Assembly (NCBI RefSeq): GCF_964355755.1
Contig: NC_092677.1
Location: 1,820,101-1,884,100 of the forward strand
DNA: 64,000 nt
Direction: 5' to 3'
Source: Antedon mediterranea
Lineage: Eukaryota; Animalia; Echinodermata
The translations under genes and the position numbers were made by a program. Under the pieces are notes generated by a model. It was not told where the DNA came from, did not search any database, and saw only the letters and a list, made by a program, of their open reading frames with translations. Positions 50,020 to 63,281 of this stretch are shown piece after piece. Within the stretch, counting starts at the first letter, position 1. The number at the start of each line of letters is the position of its first letter.

Positions 50020-51143
50020 CAGAGCTTAGTTAAAACTGATCATTGAAAGAGTGAAAATTTTACAATTTTTTTTTGCTTTTCGATTGTCAATGAACTGTGT
50101 TGTTTCTAACTTACTTTAAAGGTGTGCCAAAACCTGAGTGAAAAGTGAATAATTTGTATGGAAACCACTACTTCACGCTACTAAGGCATTTAATGTGGAC
50201 GTCTCCATCATCTATTATCTAAGCCTGGCTTCAATAACTCTCACTAAAAGTAAGTTTTTCTACATGTCCTGTTTTTGTAAATCTATAGTCTGAATGAAAA
50301 AAATTTAAAAGCTTGTACACACATTTTCAGTAAACTGTTTACTGTATTAATCTGTCTAATAACCTATCTATAGTATTAACCTTTAATTTTACCAGTTTCT
50401 GACAAATTTTTTTCTTGCAATATTATTCAAATACAGTATGTTTTTATTGATTGCATTTCATAACTAAATTTAGTTAGAAATATAGCATTTTGAGTTGAGG
50501 TTTTTATTCTAGCCTTAGGCAACGAGAGGTTCAACTCAAATCTAATAGCTTGTCTAACAAGAGAAAAACTACTATAATGTGTGCTTTGAAGCCTGTAAAA
50601 TGCATTCAGTAAATGTAGTGATTTGTGAAATTAGCTAGGCCTGATTACATGGAAGACCATGAGCTGCAACATAGGGTCTGTTTCTGCTGCATAACACAAT
50701 TTAACCGGTTATTTTAAAATAGATTAAAAATAGATAACAATAACAAGACCGCGTTTCTGCTCAATTTGTGCTCCGAAATAACCGGTTAAATCTATGGGCG
50801 GTCGTCGAGCAAAACGTCATTATTACCCAAAATGCAATACACTCAGACGGAGGTAGTAAGTTGGCTGTTTGTTTACATCGACGTCAGTACACACGTGTGA
50901 TATCGCCGAACATCTCAAATATGTTAACATAATAAAATGTTGTCTCCAGGTCTACAAGTTTTGTTTTTTGTAAAGCCTACTTACCATCGCTAAATAAAAT
51001 TAATTCTCATGGCGCCTTCAATAACATGGGGAGGGTCGTGCAGTGCTCGATCGCCTAGGATAATTATTATCTTAGCCTATCCTCAAAGGCGATGTCATAC
51101 GGCCCTTCCCACGTGAACGACTGTTGTCTTTCGCGCGAGCGCG

Positions 51144-51183
51144 GTCCTACCATGGAGGTAATTTTTTACCTCCATGGTCCTAC
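51144..51183. mobile_element. P/Galileo-type transposon footprint
   Basis: GTCCTAC-CATGGAGGTAA tttt TTACCTCCATG-GTCCTAC; the partner inverted arm at about 52515-52525 lacks it. Confidence 0.75.
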
Positions 51184-51595
51184 TAAACACCAAACGGAAA
51201 CAATAACGAGACTCAGAATGTTGCAATACCTTCCAAACGAGGGTAGATAATTTTTAATTAATTATGAAAACCCAACTTTTATAGCAAAAATCGTCCGAAT
51301 TTATGTTAAAAACGGTGAGTTTAGCCACAAAAACTTAAATCAAACAAGAGTATCCAAGTCATAAAATATCGCACGCACATAGTGCCTTTAATAGAATAAT
51401 GAGTATTGAACATTATTTCGTACGTATTCGTATGTACTAACATAAATAATAACACACTTCTATGCTTAATAAAATGATATTTAATATCTTATCAAAGGCT
51501 CTGACAACCTTTGTTTTCGGTCGATGTGATGTTTTTCTAAAAAATGATATTATGTAAAACGATCAAAGTAAGATTGTTCATTGTTCTCCTATTAA

Positions 51596-52323
51596 CACTT
51601 TCACCGCCAAAGACGGAAATCTCCGTCTTTCGATGCCCAGCGCCAGACCGCCAAAGACGGAAATTTCCGTCTTTGGCTTTTTATTGCACAATTTGTTAGA
51701 TCATGTATATATGGACCACATATAAAAATTTCAACATCCAAATCGACCTGGACCGCAAATATTTTGATACTTTATTAACCCCTAGTGCCAATGACCCAGC
51801 TGGCCTACATCGCGTCTTATCCGTAAACAACATAATGTGCTTACTGCAGACGAAGCAATTGCAGAAATATTTGCCGACTCTGACTCTGAAAATGAGTATT
51901 TATTATCCCCAGATGATGAAGGTATATTTGTACCTAAATCTGGTTTATAAAATGTAATAAATAATTGGAGATAATTTAGCTAGCCTGGCTTAGACTAGTT
52001 TGTAGAATAGGTTGAGAAACGTGACACTGACAGACGGTGCAGCCAGGCTAAAAACCTCATTATCTCTGCTTTGTTCTCCGATTGAGCCTAAAGTGCTAAA
52101 AGTGAGCCAAGTTCTTTGTACAATTATGTGATATTACAGTTTTATTTCAATAAAGTGTTTGGTACCATTGGAAAGTTTATTTCTATCTCATTATTTGAGT
52201 GTATATTGCATGTTATTCTGATTACAAACACCTTTGCTATGAGCTTTGAAAAACAGGTAAATTTATCTAAAATGGCTGGCGGTGAGGGGTACTTCCTTTG
52301 TTGAATGCCTGGCGGTGAAAGTG
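51596..52323 (+). mobile_element. piggyBac-like non-autonomous element, 728 bp
   Basis: TTAA|CACTTTCACCGCCA ... TGGCGGTGAAAGTG|TTAA; internal acidic peptide VLTADEAIAEIFADSDSENE resembling a piggyBac transposase N-terminus. Confidence 0.8.
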
Positions 52324-55300
52324 TTAAAGGCACTAAGGGCGTGCCATAAATACGCTGTTTGGTTTCAGTTTTTGTTGCTAAATTCATCGGTTTTAACATA
52401 AATTCGGACGATTTTTGCTATAAAATTTGGGTTTTCATAATTAATTAACCATTATCTATTCTCGTTTTGTAGGTATTTGCAACATTCTGAGTCCCTTTTG
52501 TTTCTGTTTTGGTGTTTATAGGACCATACCCTTCACGAGCGTGTATTAACGCCTCAAATTATTTTGCTTGGGTAGTCCGGAACTCCACTCCGAATTCCTC
52601 TTTTACTTTTGCAAAAATGCTCTTATATATCTGTGAATAATTTCTATTGCCTCCTGCCATCCTTCCCCGTACTTTCTCTTCCCCCCACAACTGAATAACA
52701 TATCTTGTGATTTCATTCATCCACATACACGTTCACTTCTTTGTTCGACTGTCAAAACCACGAGGAAAACACACATGGTTCGCGACGGTATCTGACCCGG
52801 GTTCACAACTGTCAATCAAATAACCGTTATTTCGTGTTGCAGCTAAGAATTGCTCAGCGATAACCGGTTAAACGGCGTTCTAACACCGATTTAAATTGGT
52901 GTTTTTAACCGGTTATTTTGCGCTGCCTTTTAACCGGTTACCACAAATTTGTCCTGTTTCTGCTGCCAAGAAAATGGAGTTAATTTATTCACACCGATTT
53001 TAACCGGTTATTTTTTATGCAGCAGAAACAGGCCCATAGCAATAGTATGCTGGAGGCTGAACAGAATCACTGCTTTGTAGGAAGTGCTGTGGTTTTGTTT
53101 TGTATCTGAATCCAAGTTTTTAAAATTGATAGAATCCTTTGGGAAGTAGTAGTAGCACTAGTTAAATCATGTTACCTACTGTTTTTATTCAGGTTTTTTT
53201 TATTCACTTTTAATTAAGTCGCATATCAGTACAAGTTTAGTATTTCAAGATGTGGTATAAGATTTCTTCTTCAATTTCAACATTAAGGCTTGTCTCAGTA
53301 ATTTCAAATCGATCATTCTATATAGATAAATGCATTAGCTGTCAAAAGTGAATTGATGGGTATTGAAACATTTCAACATATTAAAGATTATAATAATATC
53401 AACTATGATTTTGACAGTTATTATCATATACCATGATACAAATCATAGTTTAGTACTTTAAAGGAAATGAACTAAAGTGAGGTTGATGAGAATGTCTTGA
53501 TCTTTCGTTTTTTTTATACTATTCTAAATGATTTAATCACTGAATCTTGTGTCATTGGTATATAAATCTCTAAAAAAATACCAAACCTCATGATTTTATT
53601 GGCTGTTCACTTTGTTGCATTGTGAATTTGACATCCCTCCAAGTATTAACATTAGAAACATTGTTAAAAATAATGATTTTAGAATTATTTCCATTTTCCT
53701 ATCATGATGTTATGGACAGTTCCTGCAGCATCCAAGTTTTTAAGAGGTATGGGATGTACAAGGGTGCTGGAGTGTGTCATTAAAACAACAATGCTGTCCC
53801 ATACTTAGATGTGGTCTCCCTAAGGTGTCAATCTGCAGCTTGGACCAGTTGCTTCTGATTGGCTTTGCAGGTGTTGGACCCTTCTAGGCAAATATCAAAT
53901 CAAGCAATTTTCAAGTCAATCATGTGACCTCAACAAAATAGTACATATACTAACTTAACATTGCAAGTTTGATATCTGAGTCATACTTACTACCAGGCTT
54001 TGATACAAATTAAGTTACATTTTCAACAACTAGGTTGATATCCAATTATGTTTCCAGAAGTTTAGATTTCAGAAGAACAAAATAATTTGTGTTATGATGA
54101 AATATTTGATGTATTACTGAAAGCCTATACTGTATATATATACTGTAAAGACATTTTTACATTCGATTATTAAATAAAAGGAAATATAACATAATATAAC
54201 ATAAATATCAGAAATTTCTTTCATTTAGTAAAAAGTTTCTTTTAATTCAATAAACTTGCCACACTTTTGTAGAGGGCACTGTTATTGAATTTATTTAAAT
54301 TTCTGGATGTTATCTCACCTCTGATCTTTAATTTCCAAACTTTTACAACAAACACAAATAAACAATTGCATCAATTGCTTCAACATCTATTCAAAGGTCA
54401 AAGGTAAGGAGAAATGTGCTGATTGAAGATATTGTGTATGTGGATGTGAACTAATTTTCTTTTAAAACATAATTATTTTTCTTCTGCCTGGGGTATTTTA
54501 CAATGTTTGGTCAATTTAAAATAGAAAGAAAAAAAGGATATAGAGAGTGAAGGAATTTTTTTTTTCTTGAAAACTTCAGTAATAAACAATTGGAAATGAA
54601 AGAAAATATTTAAAATAATGTAAGTGTTTTAAACAATCTTGAAGATATAATAATGTCCATTTAAAAGCAATGTGTAAAAATAAAAAAAATAAAACTAAAG
54701 TGATTATAAATGATGCCGTGTAAATGTCATGTTTAATTTGTTCAGTAAATTAGTTTGTTTTTGCATTTAGACTCATTTACTCCTCTCCTGTAGTTTCCTA
54801 GTGGTGCTGTCAGTTCTGAAGTACTTTGTCGCCGCCAAACTCATACTTTAAAACTGCTCCTCACAGTTCCATTTTTAATTAAATTGTTCACCCTGCTTCG
54901 TAGCTTTGTCATTAATCGTAACTTTGTCTCTCAATTTAAATAGATACATTTTAGGGTTGTCATGGTTGATCATGTAAAGAATTTCTAAAAGGGTTATGTA
55001 GTAACAGGAACCTAGAGAGCATAGAGGGTGTACGTAACAGTCTGTTGGAAGCAATAGGGCCTACGTAGGTCCAGATCCATCACAGCAAGACACAAAACAA
55101 TTCATTTTGTGTACATATTTCTCTCGTTTTAACCTCTCCTATTAAAATATGTTTTCATCAGCGGACCTGCCAAAGATCTTGCCGAGATTTTGAGTTAATG
55201 ATTTTCCGCATTTGGCGGCCATACAAATCCCAGCATGCAATCAAGCTGATTAGGTTTTTGGTAGAATAACTAGCAGACTACGCCAGCAGGGTACACATCA

Positions 55301-57894
55301 TTTTAACCAGCTTTCTCTATGCAAAAGGCCAGCAGAACAGCGTTTTAAATTGTTTGGCTAAATTCACAATCAACAATTAGGCCGATTATCGGATATGTAA
55401 TATCTGAGTCTATATTTACATAACAAATAAGTCTTTTTAAATTGTCTCTGATTTGTTGGTTCACATATTTTGCATATCATCCATCCGAAGTTTCAAACTC
55501 ATTCATTATAAAATTAATGATTTAAAATTATATTTTATACAATTTACTATAAAAATTTTTCGAGCATTCATTTAATTGTATAAACTTTGACCATTTATAT
55601 TTTATTTAAAAGAAAGTCATTTTAAAATAATTAATGCAAACTATGTAGAACTAAAGGTTGGTCAATAAGTATCTGTTTGATTGATTTTTCTAATATTAAT
55701 CCAAAACTATAAAAATAGCTATTGAAATTTATTTTATACAAATTTAATTGTTTTCAGAATCTATTACTTTCATACCACTAAATTTGTGTTAATTGTTGCT
55801 ATGGTTACCAGGAAGTTTTGATAACATTTGTATAATGTTTGTTGTTAAAGGGAAATATATGTTGTTAATTGTTTCTTTGTTTTGATGTGGATGTAATGTA
55901 CCGACATACAACGGACAGCTGATTTTGTTAGGTATCATGTGATCAAGTTGTGCGACAGTACATTGATAACTCGTTTTCTTAAAAATAAATGTTTTGCTAT
56001 CCTTGGGTTGTTGTTGGAGTCCCTGTGAGCTAAGTTGTTTTAGTGGGCTGTTAGAGGGTGTTAATTACACCTGCAAAACTCTACCTTATCCACCTTTTCA
56101 TTGAGCTGGAACTAATCAAGCGCAAGTATCCTGACCTGGTTGCCAAGGATAAGAGTCAAAGGTCATAGGAATTCATAATTGAAAACAAGTTTTCAGTTTC
56201 AAAAGTAATTGTTCGGCCTTTTAAACATTTTATTTTTTCATTTAAAAGAAATTTCAAATGAAATGTTCGAATTATAACAACATATTTTAATGATGTTTAC
56301 TGTTGAAAAAAAGGTTTCATTCCTCTCAACTTGCTATCTATTACGATATTTTCAGTATTTCTGACAATTTCTGAAATAATATTTATTATATTAAGATAGT
56401 ATTCTTCATCAAACTACAATTTCTTATATAAATTCCTATTTTTACAAAATAATATTTAATAAACTCAAATTTATAGACATACTGTATTATGTAATTTTTA
56501 TTTAATTATTTCATTTAAATATTTGTAGCTTATATAAAAATAAATTTATATAACATCTTTCTAAAATAAACAACACATATTTAAATTTAGATTTTACGAA
56601 AATATAACACTTGGACTGAATTTAAAATTGATACACATGTATGGTGATCACTGTGGGGTGACATTCTGGGCTAATTTTGGAAGATTTGTACACGTTGCTG
56701 TGTAAATTTCTTCTCAAAACAAAAGTTAAGTACTTATAATAAGATCATACTTTAATACCGTACTCGTAAGATTGGTTGAAAAGGAATGACTACAAGAGGC
56801 ACTAAAATATTAATTTATATTGAAGATTGGAGTATGTATTCATTCAATTTGCGACAGTCATTATCAGTAATTTAATGCTGATGTAGGAATAAAACCGGAC
56901 ATTGTCCATTGCAGAGTCTACATTGACCTTTAGCCTTTGACTTTCATCTGATCTCTCCTTTAAAATGCATACCACCTTTAAAAATTGGCACCCTGTTTGT
57001 GACATTAGGTGCACCTGGGGAGAACATAGTCCAAGTATATTTCTGTCCTTTCCTAATTCAATAGATAACTTCAGTTACAACTGCACGCTGATTCTAACTA
57101 AATCAAATTTACTATGAGGGCAGAAATAGCAGGCTCCGATAGCGACACTCTTGTAGTCATGGTGAGATTGTTGCATGATTTAAAGATCTACGAAACACCG
57201 TTCATTTGTTCTTGTATGTCACATATTAAGTGTCCTCATTTGTACATTATTTGATTTCATTTAATAGATATCAATTTTGGGTTTAGTTGAGTTCTTGTAA
57301 CTAATATTGATAATATTTAGGTTTGGTTTATTATAAAATAACAAGGATAAATCATAACTCCATGGATAAATGAATCCGTATTAATTCGGCTAAATTTAAT
57401 TTTTTATCAAGAAGGAACATTTATTTTTGAAAATGTTTGCCAACTTCTTTCTTTCCGTGTTTTATGTTTGTGGGAATGTAATATAGACCCAGGATGATGA
57501 TGCTGATAGGTTTACTGTTTTTACCTTTGACCTCATGTTGTGCCAGTTTGCTGGATTATAGCCTGGTTTGTTTCTAAGCTCAGACACTGAAAAGCCACTG
57601 GAGTGAAACCAGTGCCTGAAGCAGATCAGATTGCAGGATTGTTACTGAAAATTATTTGGTGACCTGTCACAAACACTTATGCCTAGGCTGTGAGAAGTTT
57701 TGGAGCAGGGATTATTTGTTGGCTAGCGCGGGTATTTCTGAAGAGTTACTATTTAGAAACTGGCTTTCATTATAACACATTTTGTTCATTCAGTGGATAT
57801 GATATAGTTTTACTGTAAAGTGTTTAAAGGAGTTATCACTTAGATATTATATCAGTGGTATTTACTTTGACAACAATACAATAAGTACTTTGTT

Positions 57895-58192
57895 TGGAAA
57901 TATTGGAACTATATGGTTTTATTATTAAAGTTATTCAATAGTATAGTGACTGGATAAAACGTGTATAATAATAATAATATGGAATATTTATTTTATACCA
58001 GCAGAACATGTCATAAAGAAGGTAAGTTTGAAAAGGAAGACAACTTAATAATACTGTATAATATAAGTATTGGAACTATAATGTTGTTGTATGTTATTAA
58101 AGTTATTCAATAGTATGGTGACGGGATAAGTGTTTTTTATTTTATATAAGAAGAAAAACATTAATAAAGTCTAATGAAGGTAAGTTTGAAAA
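57895..58192. repeat. Diverged tandem duplication of about 170 bp
   Basis: TATTGGAACTATA..TTATTAAAGTTATTCAATAGTAT..GTGAC..GGATAA ... GAAGGTAAGTTTGAAAA appears twice. Confidence 0.75.
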
Positions 58193-59214
58193 CTGTAAAT
58201 GAATTAAGACTTATTTTCCCATTAAATACCAAGTGCAGTAATTCAATTAAATCCTAATCAACAACTTCCTGATTGAATTACTGCAGTAATCACTGAAGCA
58301 TTTTAACTGTTAACAAGTAAAATCCAATAGTTTAGGAACTTACACTGGTTTTGGTGTAATCTTCATGTTTATACAGTACTATGTAACATAGTTTGTAAGT
58401 TGAACAAAAATTTTTCTCATCAACTTTTCCAGAAGAAAGTAAATGAACCTTTTATAAGTCAAAGATTGTTCAAAACCTTTCTCAGAAAAACTGATTTGGA
58501 ATATAAACAGTTAAGTTCTATAATCTTCTGTTTAACATATTCATATATTAACTTGTAAAAAGAAGGAGAGAGAAAGAAAATGTAATCAATAGTTGATTAT
58601 AACCAACCTATATTAATTATATATATTCATGATCAATATTTTTAGGTAATATACATACTGGTGGTATTATGTATTACTTTGCACTGTTCTCCAGTTCTAT
58701 AAGCATACTCCTTCCTAATATATCTATATATCTTATTGATTATTGTCAACAACATAATTTGTCCATATGTAATTAATAGATTATTATAATTAGTCCTTGA
58801 TTTTCTAAGCCAAGTTACAAGCTTGTTGATAAACTTTACTCCTTAGAAAAATCCCACTGGAGGCCACTTCATCACCTGTTTTGCCTGTTAGAAGAAAAGT
58901 GATTTAATGGCCTAGAACAAAGACTTGTGTGATGTGAGATGCCATATATATTAGTGTTGCTTGGATTTAAGAGACCCCTATGCAACCTTTTTCAAAAGTA
59001 AAATTTAAAAATGATAATAAAAATATAATCTAAGAGGTCAATATACTTTACTTTTAAAGAGAATTGTGTTTATGATGTTTAACAGATGGGGAGGAATGAA
59101 AAAATGATTTTATTTTCAATTATAAAAACATAACTCTCAGTTTTTGACAGTTTTCTGATGTAAAAACTTTTATTAAATTTAGCAGTTCATTAAAAATGAT
59201 TAAATTATAACTTG

Positions 59215-59249
59215 GTTGTAGCATGGAGAAATAATCTCCATGGTTGTAG
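59215..59249. mobile_element. P/Galileo-type transposon footprint
   Basis: GTTGTAG-CATGGAGA aataa TCTCCATG-GTTGTAG. Confidence 0.7.
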
Positions 59250-59529
59250 GTATTATCATTCAAATCATGTTATCTCCGAAGGTTACAATACAATAAAGAT
59301 ATAATTATTAATTTGTATAGTGTAGAAAATAGGATTAGATTTTATTAAGAAATAAATCTGTAATTTATACAAACTATTTTAATTGTCCATAAAAAAATTC
59401 AGCCTAGTAACTTTTTGTCCTGTATGCAGATCTAGAAGTCTACTAGAAAGAATTAATTATCATTTTGATTTATGTGGTATAGTAGTACATTTCAGTATCC
59501 TACCTGGTTGATGAACTAACAACTTAACA

Positions 59530-59755
59530 TAAACATCCTTATGACGTCAATTGTATTCATTTTACAATTGATTACAATCTTTTCTATGAATTTCAGATAT
59601 ATATCTTTATGTCGTCAATAATGTTTTCCTTTTACAATTTATTACAATCTTTTTCTATGAATATCAGATATATATCCTTATGTGGTCACACAATTATGTA
59701 TTCTTTTTTTTACAATTTATTACAATCTTTTCTATGAATTTCAGATAAACATCCA
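59530..59755. repeat. Tandem repeat of about 70-77 bp, three copies
   Basis: TTTACAATT.ATTACAATCTTTT.CTATGAAT.TCAGATA repeated. Confidence 0.8.
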
Positions 59756-62700
59756 TGTCCTGTGAATGTCAACGACCTTATGATCCTAAACCATTATCTT
59801 GTCTTCATCCTCAATAATCTGTTTCTTATCCCAACCTTTTAAATTCTTGATAAAACTTCTTTTTTTTTAAAGTAGTAACAAAATAGCATGATACAGCGAT
59901 TCTACAAAGTAACAAAATTAACTTCTGAATTGGATACTAATTTTAAGTTTGAAATGTTTGTCATAAACAATTTTTGTTCCAAAATTATTATTTCAGCAAC
60001 AAATACAACATTCCGTTTGATAAGACTCTTCATACCGTCTTTTTGGACAACATCTTTGTTAGAATTTATAGGAAGTTAGGTTAGGTACCATGTCAAACCA
60101 GTAACTTAACAGTACTTTTGTTTAATCTTTTTGAACCTGATAAAATTGTTTAGCAATCTGCTTTTCTTTAGTGTAATCCTATACACTTTTTGTTGCAGCG
60201 ACTGCCTCATAAACCTTTGAAACAAGCTACAGTAAGATCAAACATTATTAAATTTGTGGGAAAAGCATAGATTTATTATTATCACTAAGTTTATATGATA
60301 AGCCATAATATTAAAAATATACAAAATAAGATTAGGTAAGACATACAACATTATTTATGCTGAATACTATGAGAAAATGAACATAAAAGAATGTGTACCA
60401 AGAGAGAACATACACTTGAAAACAAAATGTTTATGAACTGGATTGAGTATTAAAATCCCAAAGCTGTATCATTGACAGATTTACTAGGTTCAAGTTATAA
60501 GAATTATTATAAAGAAGTGTGTTGTGTTTCTTTTCTTCCTCATTCATACTGAATTATTTGAACTTTACCCAGAGTTCATAAGTTTGTGATTGGAGAATTT
60601 TGAACTCATTTTCTGTACTTTTTTTTAAAGAAAGAACAATAATTAAAACTGTTACTTTAAAAAGCCGAGTGGAGATTTTTCTGAGAAATGTTGTTTAAAC
60701 TTCATTTCAAAGTACAGATATTTCAGTATTTATTTAGTTATTATTTGATTCAAAAGTATAATCATAGACATCTCATCCGATATCTTCATTCGCAGACTTT
60801 ATCGTAAACAGATTGTTTTTAAATTTTGCTTGAGAAATTCTCAACGTACACCAATTATAAGACAATTGAGAATGAATTGAATGGCTTGAGAGAATTGGCC
60901 AGATCACAATTATAGATTTCGCTTGTTCTATAGCTGAGATTAGACCGCGATTAGCGAGAGCTTTTGCAAGATTACTCACCAATTCCTAAATAATCATTTA
61001 AATTCCCTTATTACCCACTTGTGTTTACTATTATTGAGCAAAGCGGCCAATAAAGATTGCTCCAAGAAATATTGATATGATTTCAATTATTTCTTTGCCC
61101 AAGTGAGGGAGATAAAATCTGTTGAAATTCTCCTAAATCATTTTTTTTTAAACTTTAATAGTTTTCTTCTTTCAATTCAAATTCAAAGTTAACATTTTTA
61201 TATCTTTTCCATATGACATACAAAATGTAAAATCTTAATTTGGTAATTACATTTTAAGAAATAAAGATGTAAAAATTCAGAAAGTAAACTTGTTTTTCTT
61301 TTGGAAAACATATGACTAAATGTTGCTATATAAGTTGCACAATTTTTATTTGAAAAACAGTGAATAATACATTATCAGAAGAATTTTAGTCAGACCACTC
61401 TCCATTTTAGACAGAACAGTTGGGAATAATATTTTAATCTAATTTATCCCTTTATGGATATAGCTACTAAAAAACCATTGTTTATAGCCTATTAACTACA
61501 AAAACCTAGCCGCAATTATATTGAATCTTTTTAAAAGAAGAGAGGTCTTCTGTACAAGAGGCATTTTAAAAATTTATTTGGCGTCAGTGTGGAGAAGAAA
61601 TTGTTAAAAGTGCAAGCAGTTTAACAAATTAATTCAATTTGGAGTGTTTGAGTGGGAGTGGATGTGTGGATTTGTGTAACAGTACCTACTGTATACTTTC
61701 TAAATTGAGTATAATTCAGTCAGGCTGCTCTCTCTGGTCTTCTCATTTCTCCATTTATAAATATTTGCATCACTCAAAGTTAGCTGAAATATATAGTTAA
61801 TTTACCTAATAGAAAACATAGAAAGATAATAAAAGTTGATCTGTAAGTTATTTATTTATTAAAGGAATCAAAGCTACCAGTATTTAGAAAGTAGAGATTT
61901 TATATCTCGAACCCAGACAATATACTTCAGTAGATTCTATACATCATAACATAACAATTGGACATTTACTTATTTTATTTATGTTATTTATGTATTACAA
62001 TTGTTTGTTTGTCGAATAATTATTTGTACTACCGTACGTATATAGAAATGATTTGTTTATCAAATCAAATCATTGTTTGTTCCATTTATAAAATTGTGTA
62101 CATTGAAAAATAGTTTTCCTCGACAGAAAATATGGTAAAACAAACAAAACAATCACAATTATATCATACATTTTTTTTTCGTCTTTTGTGCAATTACATT
62201 ATACATTAACATTGTAAGTTGTTAATAACAATTATTAAATATAATCTTATAGCAATAGTTTTCACTTCTTCAACAATATATTCAATTATATATTTAATTA
62301 AGTTCTAATAATGTCCAACGGGAATTGTTGGTGTGACATTTAGACCTGTGTGAAACAGGTTTTATTTCAAATTCAACCTCAAAAACCGAAATCTCTTGTA
62401 ACTCTATCCTTTGATTCTCTTTGTGTTGCCGTGGTGATTAAAACACTGAGGGGTATGTAATTATCAACATGTGGCTTAAGTTGTTAAGTTTCAATTTAGT
62501 TTATTTCTGAAATTTGAACTTTGACATTGAAGAAATCGTCGAAATTACTAATTTTTGTTTGGCTGCTTCAGTTAAAAATTAATAACTTAATTTTTGATAT
62601 TGTAAAAACACAAGACTAACTGTCCCAATGATATTAATTAAATTAAATCATAATGTATTTCTTATTTCCATGCTATTTAAATTTTTTCTTTTTGTAAAAA

Positions 62701-63281
62701 AATAGAAATCTAAATTGTTTTATCCCAAGTATATTTTGTTGCTTTGAATTATTACAAAATTAGAACATAGCTTTAAGCAGTACAGCTGACATTAGTCGAC
62801 TTTTTGCATTTTTAAGTCCCTCTAGGCCACAATTCGCTAATACCCTAAGCCATGCGACAAATACTTCATTTGACATTGGCCATGTTAAAATTATGTCCAC
62901 TGAATTAACGAGAACAGGTTACGTGTCTTACTAACTTTTTTCCAAATGTTCCGCTCCATTGCCTCAGGCTTCAATCTTTCTCTGTCCAGTAAACCAGTCA
63001 ATGATACTTTGTATCATATAATTCTTCCAGAGGGCTGAAATTCCTGAGGTCAGAGTTTAAAGTTTAAATGTTGTTTGTTGTTTTTTTTTTGTTTTTTTTT
63101 TATTATTATTATTATTATAACTTAGTTTTATGTGAATTTGTTTTTATTTTCTTGAATTTTTTCGATATTGTACTAATTCAAAATAAATCTTATGTAATGT
63201 AAACTCAAACTAGTATTTTCATTTATTTCAGGCCAATTATAAGAACATGATGATAAATGGGTTATAGATCTATTAGCAAAT

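Larger units (their letters stand above)
50674..53035. mobile_element. PIF/Harbinger-like non-autonomous element hosting nested inserts
   Basis: ATA|GGGTCTGTTTCTGCTGCATAA ... TTATGCAGCAGAAACAGGCCC|ATA (20 of 21 TIR match, 3-bp TSD); subterminal TAACCGGTTA palindromes. Confidence 0.75.

Noticed and set aside
60773-60982. Reverse transcriptase or mitochondrial insert suggested by LAKALANR
   Set aside because: No flanking RT motifs and no clean match to a mitochondrial protein in any frame
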